Positions 27,445-36,758 of a DNA stretch of 64,000 bases are shown here, piece by piece. The number at the start of each line of letters is the position of its first letter. Positions within the stretch are counted from its first letter, which is position 1. This stretch comes from Myxococcales bacterium (lineage in GTDB: Bacteria > Myxococcota_A > Polyangia > Palsa-1104 > SHYY01). The stretch is taken from NCBI GenBank assembly GCA_009692555.1, contig SHYY01000007.1:3259-67258 (forward strand). Direction: 5' to 3'. Position numbers and translations under genes: made by a program. The notes under the pieces were generated by a model. It made no database searches and was not told where the DNA came from. It was given only the letters and a program-made list of their open reading frames with translations.

Positions 27445-28178
27445 GGCTCCTCGGGACGGAGGCGCCGTCCGAGCGCGCGCAGGATAGCCCGGGGCGGCCC
27501 GAAGGGTCCATGGAAGAGCAGCGACTCCTGCAGCGCGGAGAGCGATCGCGAAAGCGGCGAGGCGGCGCGCGGGGCGGTGTAGCTGGCGCAGGCAACCACC
27601 CGCTCCTCGCCCGCACCGAGCGGCGAGACGCCGTGGCGGGTGCGCGCGGTGTTGAAGACGACCAGCGAGCCGGGCCCGGTGCAGAGGTGCAGATCCTCCC
27701 CCATCACGTGGCATCGCAGCCGCTGCGTCGATCGGTCGATCAATCCGAAAATGATGGTCTGCGCGGCGAGGTCGCAGCGGCTGCAGGCATCGTGATGATC
27801 TCTCATCCAGTCGCCCGGGCGATTGTAATAGTACAGGTGCGCCGTGGCCTCGCGGTCCGCATTCGGGCTCCGTCCCGCGGCCGCCCCGAGGCGGGCGAGG
27901 AATCCGAGCAAGGGGGGCGAGCGGTAGGCGGCGACCAGCAGCGGCGCCCGCTCGCGCACAATGGAATGGACCACCGTCCCCGCGCTGCGCACGAACGGCA
28001 GGTGATTGTGCGTCGCGAGGGCGCGCAGCGCAGCGGACTCTTCGGCGAGGGCGGAGGTCAGCTCCGCCGGGAGCACGCGCTCGAGGAACAGGAATTCGCC
28101 CTGCGCGACGTAGCGCCGGGCGGCGTCGTCGAGGTCGATCCCGGCCAGCGCCTCACCGACGAGCGCGGCGACGTTCAT
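27441..28178 (-). CDS. 2-oxoglutarate/Fe(II)-dependent oxygenase
   Basis: HHD...RHGVSPL..EERVV (HxD..H..R facial triad). ATGA overlaps on both sides. Confidence 0.8.
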   Translation of the reverse strand: MNVAALVGEALAGIDLDDAARRYVAQGEFLFLERVLPAELTSALAEESAALRALATHNHLPFVRSAGTVVHSIVRERAPLLVAAYRSPPLLGFLARLGAAAGRSPNADREATAHLYYYNRPGDWMRDHHDACSRCDLAAQTIIFGLIDRSTQRLRCHVMGEDLHLCTGPGSLVVFNTARTRHGVSPLGAGEERVVACASYTAPRAASPLSRSLSALQESLLFHGPFGPPRAILRALGRRLRPEEP

Positions 28179-28915
28179 CCGCGCTTCCCGGGGAGGAAAT
28201 CGCCCAGGCCGCTGAACAGGAGGCGGTCCTTCCATGTTTCGCGCCACCTCCGGACGGGGGTCATCGGGCGATCGGTACGATAGCTGAGCGAGAGCACCAC
28301 GCGCTCCTCGCCGCGGCCGAGGCGGGTGACGCCGTGCCAGACGGTGGATCCATTGAAGGCGACCAGCGAGCCCGGTGTGGTCTTGACCGGGATCCGCAGG
28401 GTCGGGCGCAGCGGGTTCTCTTTGAAAAGATGGCAATCGACGATCTGCGTCGAACGATCGCGGAGGCCAATCAGCGCGGTGTAGGAGGAGCCCCGCTCGC
28501 AGCCGCAGGTATCGTAATGATAGCCCAGGTGATCGCCCGGCTTGGTGTAATAGTAGAGGACGCAAGAGTGCGGATCCGATTCGGATTTCAGGTAAAGCGG
28601 CCGGCCGACGAGCCGGCTGAGAAGGGAGACCAATGCGGCGGACCGATAGGCCGCCACGATCGCCGGCGCGCGCTCCTGAAGGGTCTGATAGCCGACAAAA
28701 CCGCCCTTGCGGACGAACGGGACATGGTTCCGCACCACGCGCGGTCCGAGGCCGAGCGCCTCGCCTCGCAGCGATTCGATGATCCGCAGGGGGAATAGTT
28801 CCGGGAGATAGATGAACTCGTCCTGCGTCTGGTAGGTGCGCCGCACGCCGTCGAAATCGAGGCGCGCGATCGCCTGATTGACGTCTTCCTCCACGCTCGC
28901 GGCGACGGATTCCAT
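28175..28915 (-). CDS. 2-oxoglutarate/Fe(II)-dependent oxygenase (paralog of the adjacent gene)
   Basis: HYD...WHGVTRL..EERVVLSLSY. It shares NH(V/L)PFVR, ERAP, AYRS, YYY..PGD, DRSTQ and PGSLV.FN with 27441..28178. Confidence 0.82.
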   Translation of the reverse strand: MESVAASVEEDVNQAIARLDFDGVRRTYQTQDEFIYLPELFPLRIIESLRGEALGLGPRVVRNHVPFVRKGGFVGYQTLQERAPAIVAAYRSAALVSLLSRLVGRPLYLKSESDPHSCVLYYYTKPGDHLGYHYDTCGCERGSSYTALIGLRDRSTQIVDCHLFKENPLRPTLRIPVKTTPGSLVAFNGSTVWHGVTRLGRGEERVVLSLSYRTDRPMTPVRRWRETWKDRLLFSGLGDFLPGKRG

Positions 28916-28931
28916 GGGCCTCTCCCGGGAG

Positions 28932-29747
28932 CTATTTCAAGGGGGCCAGCACCTGCCGCCACCACAGCGTGCGCAGGGAGCGCGGGACCAGCGAGGTCAG
29001 GCGATTGAGGAGCGAGAGCTGCCAGGGAAAGCGAATCACCGGTACGCCAGCCTCGACGCCGCGCACGAAGGCGGCCGCGGCCTCGTCGGCGCTGCGCAGG
29101 AATGGCATCCGGAAGTGCACGCCGGTGGTCATCTCGGTCGCGACATAGCCCGGCTCGATCAGGCAGAGGCGGATGCCGCGCGGCTCCGCCTCGAAGCGCA
29201 GCCCGTCGACCAGGGCGCGCAGGGCGAGCTTGCTGGCGGTGTAGGGGCCCGAGCGGGGCAGGGCGCCGTCGGCCGCCATCGAGCCGGTGACGGCGATGGT
29301 CCCGCCGCCCTGCGCGGCCATGCGCGCGAGCAGGGGATCGAGCCAGTAGAGGTGGCCCGAATAGTTCAATCGCATCACCCCGTCGGCGATCGCGGCGGAG
29401 AACGAGCTGCCGGTCTGATTCCCGGCCGCGCAGCAGTCGACGAAATGATCCCCGTCGGTGCCGGCAGCGCCGCCGGCGTTGAGGTAGGCGCGATCGATGC
29501 GCGGCCACGAAGCGAGCGCCGTCACCGCCTGCGCGACGTCCTCCGGGCGGGTGTGATCGCCGACCAGCACCCGCGCCTCGGACGCCCCCGCAGCGAGGCA
29601 GCGCGCGGCGACCTCCCCGAGGCGCTCCCGCCGCCTGGCGAACAGGGCGAGGCGCCCTCCCCTCCTGGCGTAGACCTCGGCCAGCGCCGCGCCGATGCCG
29701 CTCGAGGCTCCCGTGATCAAGACGAACAGGTTCCTGTCGGGCGCCAA
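28932..29747 (-). CDS. Short-chain dehydrogenase/reductase (paralog of 26641..27444)
   Basis: ITGASSGIG, YLNAG, YTASK and IEPGYVAT. TTG start assumed. Confidence 0.9.
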   Translation of the reverse strand: MAPDRNLFVLITGASSGIGAALAEVYARRGGRLALFARRRERLGEVAARCLAAGASEARVLVGDHTRPEDVAQAVTALASWPRIDRAYLNAGGAAGTDGDHFVDCCAAGNQTGSSFSAAIADGVMRLNYSGHLYWLDPLLARMAAQGGGTIAVTGSMAADGALPRSGPYTASKLALRALVDGLRFEAEPRGIRLCLIEPGYVATEMTTGVHFRMPFLRSADEAAAAFVRGVEAGVPVIRFPWQLSLLNRLTSLVPRSLRTLWWRQVLAPLK

Positions 29748-29781
29748 TGCGTCACACCACGCAGCCGGGGATCTGCGCCCG

Positions 29782-30109
29782 CATGCCCGCACGCTACCAC
29801 GGTTTTTTCCCCCTCCGGCTCGCGAATTGACGGAGGCGCCGCGGAGCCAGAACCGCTCCTTGCCACCAGCAAGCCGACCGCGGGTCGGGCCATCGATGTC
29901 CTTGTCCAGACGGGCGTGCTGGTGGAGACCACCGGCAAGAGGCGCGACCGTTGGTACGCGTACCAGGGCTACCTCGACCGACTGCGCGTTGGGACCGAAC
30001 TCGAATCTCGCCGCAGCCAGGCCCGATAAGCACGCTGCCGGGGGGCATCAGCGGCCTCCCATGCCCGCACGCTGCCAAGGTTTTTCCCCCTCCGGCTCGT
30101 GAATTGACG
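29782..30109 (+). repeat. ~50-bp direct repeat pair (29782-29832 and 30060-30109)
   Basis: catgcccgcacgct(a/g)cca(c/a)ggttttt(t)ccccctccggctcg(c/t)gaattgacg occurs twice. Confidence 0.9.
29844..30029 (+). pseudogene. C-terminal HTH remnant of a Fic-family protein
   Basis: LLATSKPTAGRAIDVLVQTGVLVETTGKRRDRWYAYQGYLDRLRVGTEL resembles the C-terminus of Fic/DOC proteins. No Fic core is present. Confidence 0.7.
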
Positions 30110-30124
30110 TATGAGGAAGTGGGA

Positions 30125-31351
30125 GTGACCGTGCTTTTCAACCGCGCGATCGAGACGCTCCAGGCGCTGCGGAACCAGAACCGGCTGCTCCGACGTCGGG
30201 CTGCCGGCGTGGCGGGGAGGCCTCCGGTGGTCCTGGTCCCGAGCCTGTTCGGCTCGCGCCTCGTCGACGAGCGCGGCCTTGGCCTGTGGGGGACGACCCG
30301 CGAGCTGTTCCTGCACGGGGATCGCGGCCGCGAAGACGGCGTTCGCGCCACCGGCCTGGTCGAAGGGTTGACGGTGATCCCCGGGCTGTGGGCCCACGAT
30401 ATCTATGGCGGGATGGTCCGCTTTCTCGAGCGGATCGGAGGCTATCGGCGCGGCGTGGACCTGTTCGTGCTCGATTACGACTGGCGCGCCGGCGTGGTGG
30501 CGGGCGCACGGGCGCTGGCTGGCCTGGTGCGGCAGGTGGTCGGCAGCCGCGACGAGGCGGTGGACCTTTTGGCGGTGAGCTCGGGCGGTCTGGTGGCCCG
30601 CTACTATCTCGCCCACGGCGGGATCGACCTGACCACCGACGGGGGCAATGCGGGCGGTGAGGCGCGCGGTGAGGCGCGCGGCGAGGGCGTGCGCCGGGTG
30701 GTCTACGTCGGTACGCCACAGGACGGCAGCTTCCATGTCCTGTACGCGATTGCCCATGGCGTCTACCTCGCGCCGTACGTGCCGCGCCTCACGCCGCGCG
30801 AGTCGGCCCTGGCGCAGACCGCCTGGGACACGCTGCCGCACGCCCGGGCCCGCCTGTTCGTCGACGAGCAGGGCCGCACCCTGGACCTCGACCACTTCGA
30901 TGCGAAGCTGTGGGTGCGCTTTGGCATCGCCTCGCTGGCGGAGGACGAGATCGCGCGGCGGCTTCTGCGCGCGCGCCGGCTGCACGAGGCGCTCGCCAGC
31001 GCTCCGGCACACGCGGATAGCCTGGTCATCGGCGCACGCCACCTGCCGACGCGCGCGCGCGCCCTGGTGCTCGACGGGCGGCTGCGACTGCCGAACTGCG
31101 AGCCGCAGCGGGACGATCCCCACGTGGGCCACGTCTACCAGCCCGGGGATGGCTCGGTGGTGGCGGCGAGCCTCTCGGCGGCGCCCGGCCTGCGCCCCGA
31201 TCGGATCGCGTGGGTCACTCCCGCGTGGCACGACCAGCTGCCGTCGGACCCGGCGGTGCACGCGCTGATCGTCGAGTCGCTGATCGCGCCCGGATGCCAG
31301 GCCCAAAACCCGCAGGCCGACGATGATGCCCTCCGCAGCGCCAGTTGCTGA
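30125..31351 (+). CDS. Alpha/beta hydrolase, LCAT/PGAP1-like lipase or acyltransferase
   Basis: PVVLVPSLFGSRL, LDYDWR, LLAVSSGGLVARYY (nucleophile elbow), VGTPQDGS, GDGSV and WHDQL. The start is approximate. Confidence 0.8.
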   Translation: MTVLFNRAIETLQALRNQNRLLRRRAAGVAGRPPVVLVPSLFGSRLVDERGLGLWGTTRELFLHGDRGREDGVRATGLVEGLTVIPGLWAHDIYGGMVRFLERIGGYRRGVDLFVLDYDWRAGVVAGARALAGLVRQVVGSRDEAVDLLAVSSGGLVARYYLAHGGIDLTTDGGNAGGEARGEARGEGVRRVVYVGTPQDGSFHVLYAIAHGVYLAPYVPRLTPRESALAQTAWDTLPHARARLFVDEQGRTLDLDHFDAKLWVRFGIASLAEDEIARRLLRARRLHEALASAPAHADSLVIGARHLPTRARALVLDGRLRLPNCEPQRDDPHVGHVYQPGDGSVVAASLSAAPGLRPDRIAWVTPAWHDQLPSDPAVHALIVESLIAPGCQAQNPQADDDALRSASC

Positions 31352-32600
31352 GACTGAGCGGGGCCGGGGCGACGTCCCCTTCGCGGAGCCCGCGGCGAAG
31401 ATCCCGTGGGCCAGCCTGTCGCTCCTCGCGTTCCTGGCCCAAAAGAGCCTGTTCGAGAGCCGCCTGGGACTCCTGCTCCTCGTCGCTGCGGTGGCCACCG
31501 GAGTCGGCTTCCAGGTGGCGAACACGGCCAACCTGGAAGGCTACCAGGCGGCGCTCCTCGACGAGGGGATCGCGGCGGGCAGCGGCGATATCCGGGTGCG
31601 GCCGCGCCACGGCCAGACGCTCGAAAACGTGGCTCGCCTGACGGCCGACCTCGCCCGCTATCCCGGAGTGCGCGCGGTGCTCCCCGTGGTGATGGTCCCG
31701 GGTGCGATCGCGGCCAGGGGGCGTGGGAGTTTCACCGGCAGCCTGGTCGTGGGCGTCGACGGCGAGGGGGAGTTCCGGCCGTTCCGTCTCGCTTCGGGCC
31801 GGCCGCTCGCGCGCGGCGACGACGCCGGCATTCTCGTCGGTGAATCGCTCGCCGACCGGCTGGGGTTAAGGCCCGGGGACGCCGTCCCGATGCGGGCGCT
31901 CCTCGCTGCCGGGCCCGCCCTCCTCGACGAGGAGAGGTATGGACGCTACACGCTGACGGTGCGCGGGCTGGCCGGCGGGGCGTGGGGCGCCGACGAGTCG
32001 GTGTTCGTCGATCGGACCTTCCTCGCGCGCGAGATCGGGGCTCCCGACGAGGCCACGCTGATCGTGGTCTACCTGGGCGACCACTTCGCGGCCCGGCCGC
32101 TGGCGCGGCGCATGGAGAGCGACCTTCCGGCGGTGACGGCGCGCGCCTGGATCGACGACAGCCCGTTCCTCGCCAGCTCCTTCCACGCCTACCAGGCGGT
32201 GAGCACGCTGTCGCAGACGATGGTGGTGGTGGCGGTGACCATCCCGGTGCTGGCGCTGCTCTACATCAACGTGTTGCAGCGCCGGCGCGAGATCGGGCTC
32301 CTTTGCGCGCTCGGCATCCCGAGGCGCGAGGTGTTCGTCGTGTTCCTCCTGCAAGCCCTGGCCGTCGGCCTGATCGGCGCGGTGGTCGGCTGCGCGCTCG
32401 GCTACGTCGTGATCCGCTACTTCCAGGCGCACCCGATCTTCGCGTGGAAGGGGTTCGTGATCCGCCCCGTGCTCGCCTGGACCTGCTTCGTCAAGCCCTC
32501 GCTGGTGGTGGTGGGCGCGACGGTGCTGGCGGGGGTCTATCCGGCCTTTCGGGCGGCGACGGCCGACCCGGCTCCCGTGTTTCGGGGCCTCGGGGAATGA
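31323..32600 (+). CDS. FtsX/LolE-like ABC transporter permease
   Basis: N-terminal TM, large periplasmic domain, QRRREIGLLCALG and C-terminal TMs ending YPAFRAA..DP. Confidence 0.88.
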   Translation: MMPSAAPVAETERGRGDVPFAEPAAKIPWASLSLLAFLAQKSLFESRLGLLLLVAAVATGVGFQVANTANLEGYQAALLDEGIAAGSGDIRVRPRHGQTLENVARLTADLARYPGVRAVLPVVMVPGAIAARGRGSFTGSLVVGVDGEGEFRPFRLASGRPLARGDDAGILVGESLADRLGLRPGDAVPMRALLAAGPALLDEERYGRYTLTVRGLAGGAWGADESVFVDRTFLAREIGAPDEATLIVVYLGDHFAARPLARRMESDLPAVTARAWIDDSPFLASSFHAYQAVSTLSQTMVVVAVTIPVLALLYINVLQRRREIGLLCALGIPRREVFVVFLLQALAVGLIGAVVGCALGYVVIRYFQAHPIFAWKGFVIRPVLAWTCFVKPSLVVVGATVLAGVYPAFRAATADPAPVFRGLGE

Positions 32601-33304
32601 CACCCGTCGTGCGCGCCGAAGGGCTCTCTCGTCGCCACGGCGAGTCCTCCGTGGTGCGCGCCCTGTCGCTCGAAGTGGGTCCCGCCGAGTCGCTGGCGAT
32701 CCTCGGGCCGAGCGGCTGCGGAAAGACGACCCTCCTTCACATGCTGGGGCTGCTCGACCGCCCGAGCGCGGGCCGCGTGCTGCTCGACGGGGTGGACGTG
32801 TGGGCCGAGAGCTCGCCGGCGCAGGCCCGCCTGCGCCTCCTCCGCGTCGGCTTCGTGTTCCAGCAGAACAACCTGTTTGGCCACCTGAGCGCGCGCGAGA
32901 ACATCGCGCTCCCGGCGTGGCGGCGGAGCGGCTCGAAGCGGTTGGCGCTCGGCGAGGCCGATGCCTGGATCGAGCGGCTCGGGCTCGCGCAAAAGGCCTC
33001 CGCGCCGGGACGGTCGCTCTCGGGAGGCGAGGCGCAGCGGGTGGCGATCGCGCGCGCCCTGATCAACCGCCCGTCGCTGGTGCTCGCCGACGAGCCGACC
33101 GGCAGCGTCGACTCGCGGAGCGCCGGCCAGATCATCGCTGCGCTCCTCGAATGCTGCACCGCACACCAGGCCGCGCTGATCGTGGTCACCCACGATCGCG
33201 ACGTGGCGTCCCGGATGGCGAGGTCCTTGTCGATGCGCGACGGGGCGATCGCCCCGGAAGCCCCGGAAGCCCACGAAGCCCACCCAGGAGGTGCGCCCGG
33301 ATGA
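32597..33304 (+). CDS. ABC transporter ATP-binding protein (LolD/MacB type)
   Basis: GPSGCGKTT, GFVFQ, LSGGEAQRVAIARAL, ADEPTG and VTHD. Confidence 0.95.
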   Translation: MTPVVRAEGLSRRHGESSVVRALSLEVGPAESLAILGPSGCGKTTLLHMLGLLDRPSAGRVLLDGVDVWAESSPAQARLRLLRVGFVFQQNNLFGHLSARENIALPAWRRSGSKRLALGEADAWIERLGLAQKASAPGRSLSGGEAQRVAIARALINRPSLVLADEPTGSVDSRSAGQIIAALLECCTAHQAALIVVTHDRDVASRMARSLSMRDGAIAPEAPEAHEAHPGGAPG

Positions 33305-33693
33305 AGACCTTCATCGCGATCCTGCTCGCGTCGCTCTTTTGCGCCGTCGGTGAGGCGCTGATCAGCGTGGGAATGAAGCAATCGGGAGACGCCTCGGCGC
33401 TCGGGAGCCTTTCGATCTGGAAGCTGGCGGCGATGTTCGCCAACCCGCGCGTGCTGGTCGGTATCGGCTGCATGGCGCTCTTCCTCACGGTCTACAGCGT
33501 GACCCTCTCCTGGGCGGACCTGAGCTTCACCCAGCCCCTGACCGCCCTCACCTTCGTCTTCGGGACGCTGATCGCCCGCCTCTTCCTCCAGGAGGATGTG
33601 TCGCCGTGGCGGTGGGTGGGGACCGCGGTGATCGTGATCGGGATCGTGCTGGTCTCGATGGATGGCAATCAGTTGACCGCCCCGCGCCGATAG
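33301..33693 (+). CDS. EamA/SMR (ArnE/F-like) small membrane transporter
   Basis: Four hydrophobic helices; LSWADLSFTQPL and FLQEDVSPWRWVG. Confidence 0.85.
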   Translation: MKTFIAILLASLFCAVGEALISVGMKQSGDASALGSLSIWKLAAMFANPRVLVGIGCMALFLTVYSVTLSWADLSFTQPLTALTFVFGTLIARLFLQEDVSPWRWVGTAVIVIGIVLVSMDGNQLTAPRR

Positions 33694-33726
33694 CCGCAAG
33701 ACGCCGGCGTGCGGTACCCTGGCGCG

Positions 33727-34620
33727 ATGTCCCCGCGGTCGCTGGCGCGCGCCACTGCCGAACGGCTCGCCTATCCAGCGATCGTCGCCGCCAGCGCGGG
33801 GGTGGTGCTCGCGGCGCTCGCTGCCGGCCTGCCCGTGATCGTCGCGATGGGTGCCGCCAACGCCGTGGCGATCGCCGCCGTTTGCGTCCTGGAGCGGTGG
33901 CTGCCCTATCGCGACGCATGGCGACGGGACCATGGGGATGTCGGCACGGACCTCCGCCATCTGATCTTCAGCTCCCTCGGTGCGCAGGCGATCGCCCAGC
34001 CGCTGCTGCTGCTCGCTGCTCTTGGCGGGATCCGTCTCTCCCGCGCCCTCGGGACGGGACTTTGGCCCGTGGATCTCCCGCTCGGCCTTCAGCTCGCGCT
34101 CGCGCTGCTCCTCGCCGAGCTCGGGTATTACTGGCTGCACCGCCTGTATCACCAGACCGGCCTGTGGCGCCTGCACGGGGTCCATCACAGCGCCGCGCGG
34201 CTCTACTGGCTGAACTCCAGCCGCAACCATCCGGGCGACTACCTCCTGGCGATCCTGGTGGTGCTCGGGCCGCTCGCCCTCCTCGGCGCCGGGGAGCGGA
34301 TCACCGCGCTGGTCACGGTGGTCTCCTTCGCGATCATGCTGCTCCAGCATTCGAACATCGCCATGAAGCTCGGCGGGTGGAACGCCGTCTTCGTCGGTGG
34401 GGAGACCCATCGCTGGCACCACTCGCGCGAGAGCGCGGAGCAGCACCGCAACTACGGAAGCGTCCTCATGATCTGGGACGTCGTGTTCGGGACCTTCTAC
34501 CTGCCGAGGGATCGCGAGCCGCCGGTCGACGTGGGCCTCACCGAGGTGGCCGATTTTCCCCGCGGCTACCTGGGCCAAATCTGGGCGCCGTTCCAGTCGG
34601 TCTGGTGGCGGCGGCCGTGA
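33727..34620 (+). CDS. Sterol desaturase/fatty acid hydroxylase family membrane di-iron enzyme
   Basis: His boxes YWLHRLYH, LHGVHHS and HRWHHS; NYGSVLMIWDVVFGT. Confidence 0.92.
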   Translation: MSPRSLARATAERLAYPAIVAASAGVVLAALAAGLPVIVAMGAANAVAIAAVCVLERWLPYRDAWRRDHGDVGTDLRHLIFSSLGAQAIAQPLLLLAALGGIRLSRALGTGLWPVDLPLGLQLALALLLAELGYYWLHRLYHQTGLWRLHGVHHSAARLYWLNSSRNHPGDYLLAILVVLGPLALLGAGERITALVTVVSFAIMLLQHSNIAMKLGGWNAVFVGGETHRWHHSRESAEQHRNYGSVLMIWDVVFGTFYLPRDREPPVDVGLTEVADFPRGYLGQIWAPFQSVWWRRP

Positions 34621-35267
34621 GCGCCAAAGGCTCCCGGTATCGCACCATCGCGCCGCTCTACGAGGGCATGGCGCTGCTCTACAGCGGCGGCCAGATGCGC
34701 GCCTGCGGGGCATTTCAGGCCGCCGGACTTTCGGCCGGTGAACGGGTGCTCCACGCCGGGGGCGGCGCGGGCGAGGACGCCTGCCGGGCGGCGGATCAAG
34801 GCTGCGCGGTGACGCTGGTGGACAGCTCACCGGAGATGCTGGCACGGGCGCGCGCGGCCCTGACGCGCTCGGGGCATCCGGAGGTGGAGCTCCTTTGCGA
34901 GGACATCTTCGCGCACGACCGCCCCGGCGCCTACGACGTGGTGTGCGCGAACTTCTTCTTCGGCGTCTTCTCGAAGAGCGATCTACCGAGGCTGGTGGCG
35001 CACCTCGGGCGGCAGCTTCGCGCGGGCGGAAGGCTGCTGGTGGCCGACTTCGCGCTGGCCGGTGGGCCGCTCTTGCGCCTCGTGCAGCAGGTCTATCACG
35101 CGATTCCGGTGGCCTTCTATGCCGTCGCTGCCGGGAATCCGGTGCGCCCGCTTTATGACTACGGGCCCTACCTGGAACGCGCCCGGTTCCGGATCACCGA
35201 GCGCCGGCTCCACCGCGTCTTCCACGGGCCCGAGCTGTTCCAGACCCTGACCGCGACCCGGCCGTGA
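34617..35267 (+). CDS. Class I SAM-dependent methyltransferase
   Basis: RVLHAGGGAG, VTLVDSSPEML and YDVVCANFFF. GTGA overlap with the desaturase. Confidence 0.85.
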   Translation: MSAKGSRYRTIAPLYEGMALLYSGGQMRACGAFQAAGLSAGERVLHAGGGAGEDACRAADQGCAVTLVDSSPEMLARARAALTRSGHPEVELLCEDIFAHDRPGAYDVVCANFFFGVFSKSDLPRLVAHLGRQLRAGGRLLVADFALAGGPLLRLVQQVYHAIPVAFYAVAAGNPVRPLYDYGPYLERARFRITERRLHRVFHGPELFQTLTATRP

Positions 35268-35274
35268 TCTCCCG

Positions 35275-36225
35275 TCAAGCGTTGCCGCAGGTGGTAAGTG
35301 CGAGGGCGAGCCACCAGTGGGCCTGGGGGAGGCCCGCTCCGGGCGCCGCGGGGTTTTCGATCCGCCAGGCGACGAAGGAGAGCGCCGTGACGGCGTGGTA
35401 GAGGCGGATCCTGGGCAGCGAGAGAGACACGCCGGCTCGCGCCTCGTAGGCGGCCGCCACGTCGCGGAGCACCGCCTCGCCGTGCGCCAGCAGGTACTTG
35501 AAGTCGGAGTGGCGATCCTGGAGGGCGAACTCCTCGAAGTCGAACACGCCGGTCAGGCGGTGGGTGGCCGCGTCGAAGGCGAAGTTGTGGCTACCGAAAT
35601 CGCCGTGCGCGAGCACGCGGTCGTGATCGTTTTCTGCCAGCCGCTCGTAGCGATCGACTGCATGGCCCGCGGCGCGGCCCAGCGGGGGCGGCAGAAAGCG
35701 CAGGTGTTCGCGCAGGCGGGCGGCCGGCATCGGCCACGGCAGCGACGCGGGATCAGCGGCCAGCCGGCTCGCTTCGTTGCTCGAGAAGGCACCGTGGAGC
35801 TCGGCCAGGAAGCGGCCCATGTCGTCGGCGAAGGTCGCCGCCCACGCCGGATCGAACAGCGTCCTCCAGCGCCATTCCACCCCGGTCAACCCGGGCGCGC
35901 GGGCGCGCAGATCGAGCGGCGCCTCCACCTCGCCGATCGGCCGCTGCACGGCGAAGGTGACCCTGGGCGCGAGGGCAGCGAGCAGGCGTCGCTCGCGCAG
36001 CAATCTCGCCGCCGCCGTCGCCGTCGGTGCGAGGAGAACGATCCTCCCGTCCGGCAGCTCCGCCATCCACCGCCAGTCGTGTCGCGAAAGGAGCAGCGCG
36101 CGGGGAAAAAGCGACAGCCCGAGCTGCGAGGCGAGCGCGTCCGCCACCGCCTCGGCCGTGACCGCCTCGAAGATCAGCAATCCGGCCGCGCTACGGCTTC
36201 TTGGTATCCACCGAGGTGCCGACAC
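35275..36225 (-). CDS. Aminoglycoside phosphotransferase/choline kinase-like (APH) family kinase
   Basis: VLAHGDFGSHN (Brenner motif) and GVFDFE..LQDRHSDF. Confidence 0.85.
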   Translation of the reverse strand: MSAPRWIPRSRSAAGLLIFEAVTAEAVADALASQLGLSLFPRALLLSRHDWRWMAELPDGRIVLLAPTATAAARLLRERRLLAALAPRVTFAVQRPIGEVEAPLDLRARAPGLTGVEWRWRTLFDPAWAATFADDMGRFLAELHGAFSSNEASRLAADPASLPWPMPAARLREHLRFLPPPLGRAAGHAVDRYERLAENDHDRVLAHGDFGSHNFAFDAATHRLTGVFDFEEFALQDRHSDFKYLLAHGEAVLRDVAAAYEARAGVSLSLPRIRLYHAVTALSFVAWRIENPAAPGAGLPQAHWWLALALTTCGNA

Positions 36226-36703
36226 CGCGGACGCAGGTCACGCCCGGGGCCCAGTCTTCGAGGATGAACCCGGCGGCGTACGGCCCCGAGTCCACCGTGT
36301 AGATGAGGATCCCGTTGGCGTCGGTGCGATGGCTCGTCTCGTACTTGAAAAACATCCCGTACTTCGCCATGACGCAGTCTCCGCCACACACCCCGATGTC
36401 GCGGATCCCGACGCGGTCCAGGTCCTGCGGATCCACGTCCCCTGGCCACTCGCCGATCACGCTCAGCTTGACCAGCTGGTTGCCAATCCCGCGCCTGTAC
36501 GTGCCGCTACCCGACCCCGTGATGACCTTCGATGCGGAGAGGGCGTAGATGATGCGGTGCCCCGGTGGAAAGTAGCTGCCGCTCTCATCGCCGCAAAAGC
36601 CGTTGCGGTCGGTGATTGGCTCGTTGCCGCAGGCGGACAGCGTGACACCCGCCGCCAGGGCGACGATCGGCAGGACGCGCTTCAGCTCGCTTGAAATGGC
36701 CAT
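36191..36703 (-). CDS. Putative lipoprotein
   Basis: KRVLPIVALAAGVTLSAC lipobox. Confidence 0.65.
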   Translation of the reverse strand: MAISSELKRVLPIVALAAGVTLSACGNEPITDRNGFCGDESGSYFPPGHRIIYALSASKVITGSGSGTYRRGIGNQLVKLSVIGEWPGDVDPQDLDRVGIRDIGVCGGDCVMAKYGMFFKYETSHRTDANGILIYTVDSGPYAAGFILEDWAPGVTCVRGVGTSVDTKKP

Positions 36704-36758
36704 GGTGCGTCGAGGGTAGTGAGCCTGGCGAGAGTCGTCAAGATCGCTCGCAATCGCG

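Noticed and set aside
27441-28915. BesD/HalD-type halogenase assignment for the 2OG oxygenases
   Set aside because: Both retain the carboxylate ligand (HHD, HYD). Halogenases have HxG/A at this position.
35275-36225. Aminoglycoside-resistance gene
   Set aside because: Only the general APH/choline-kinase fold motifs are visible, and nothing indicates antibiotic specificity.
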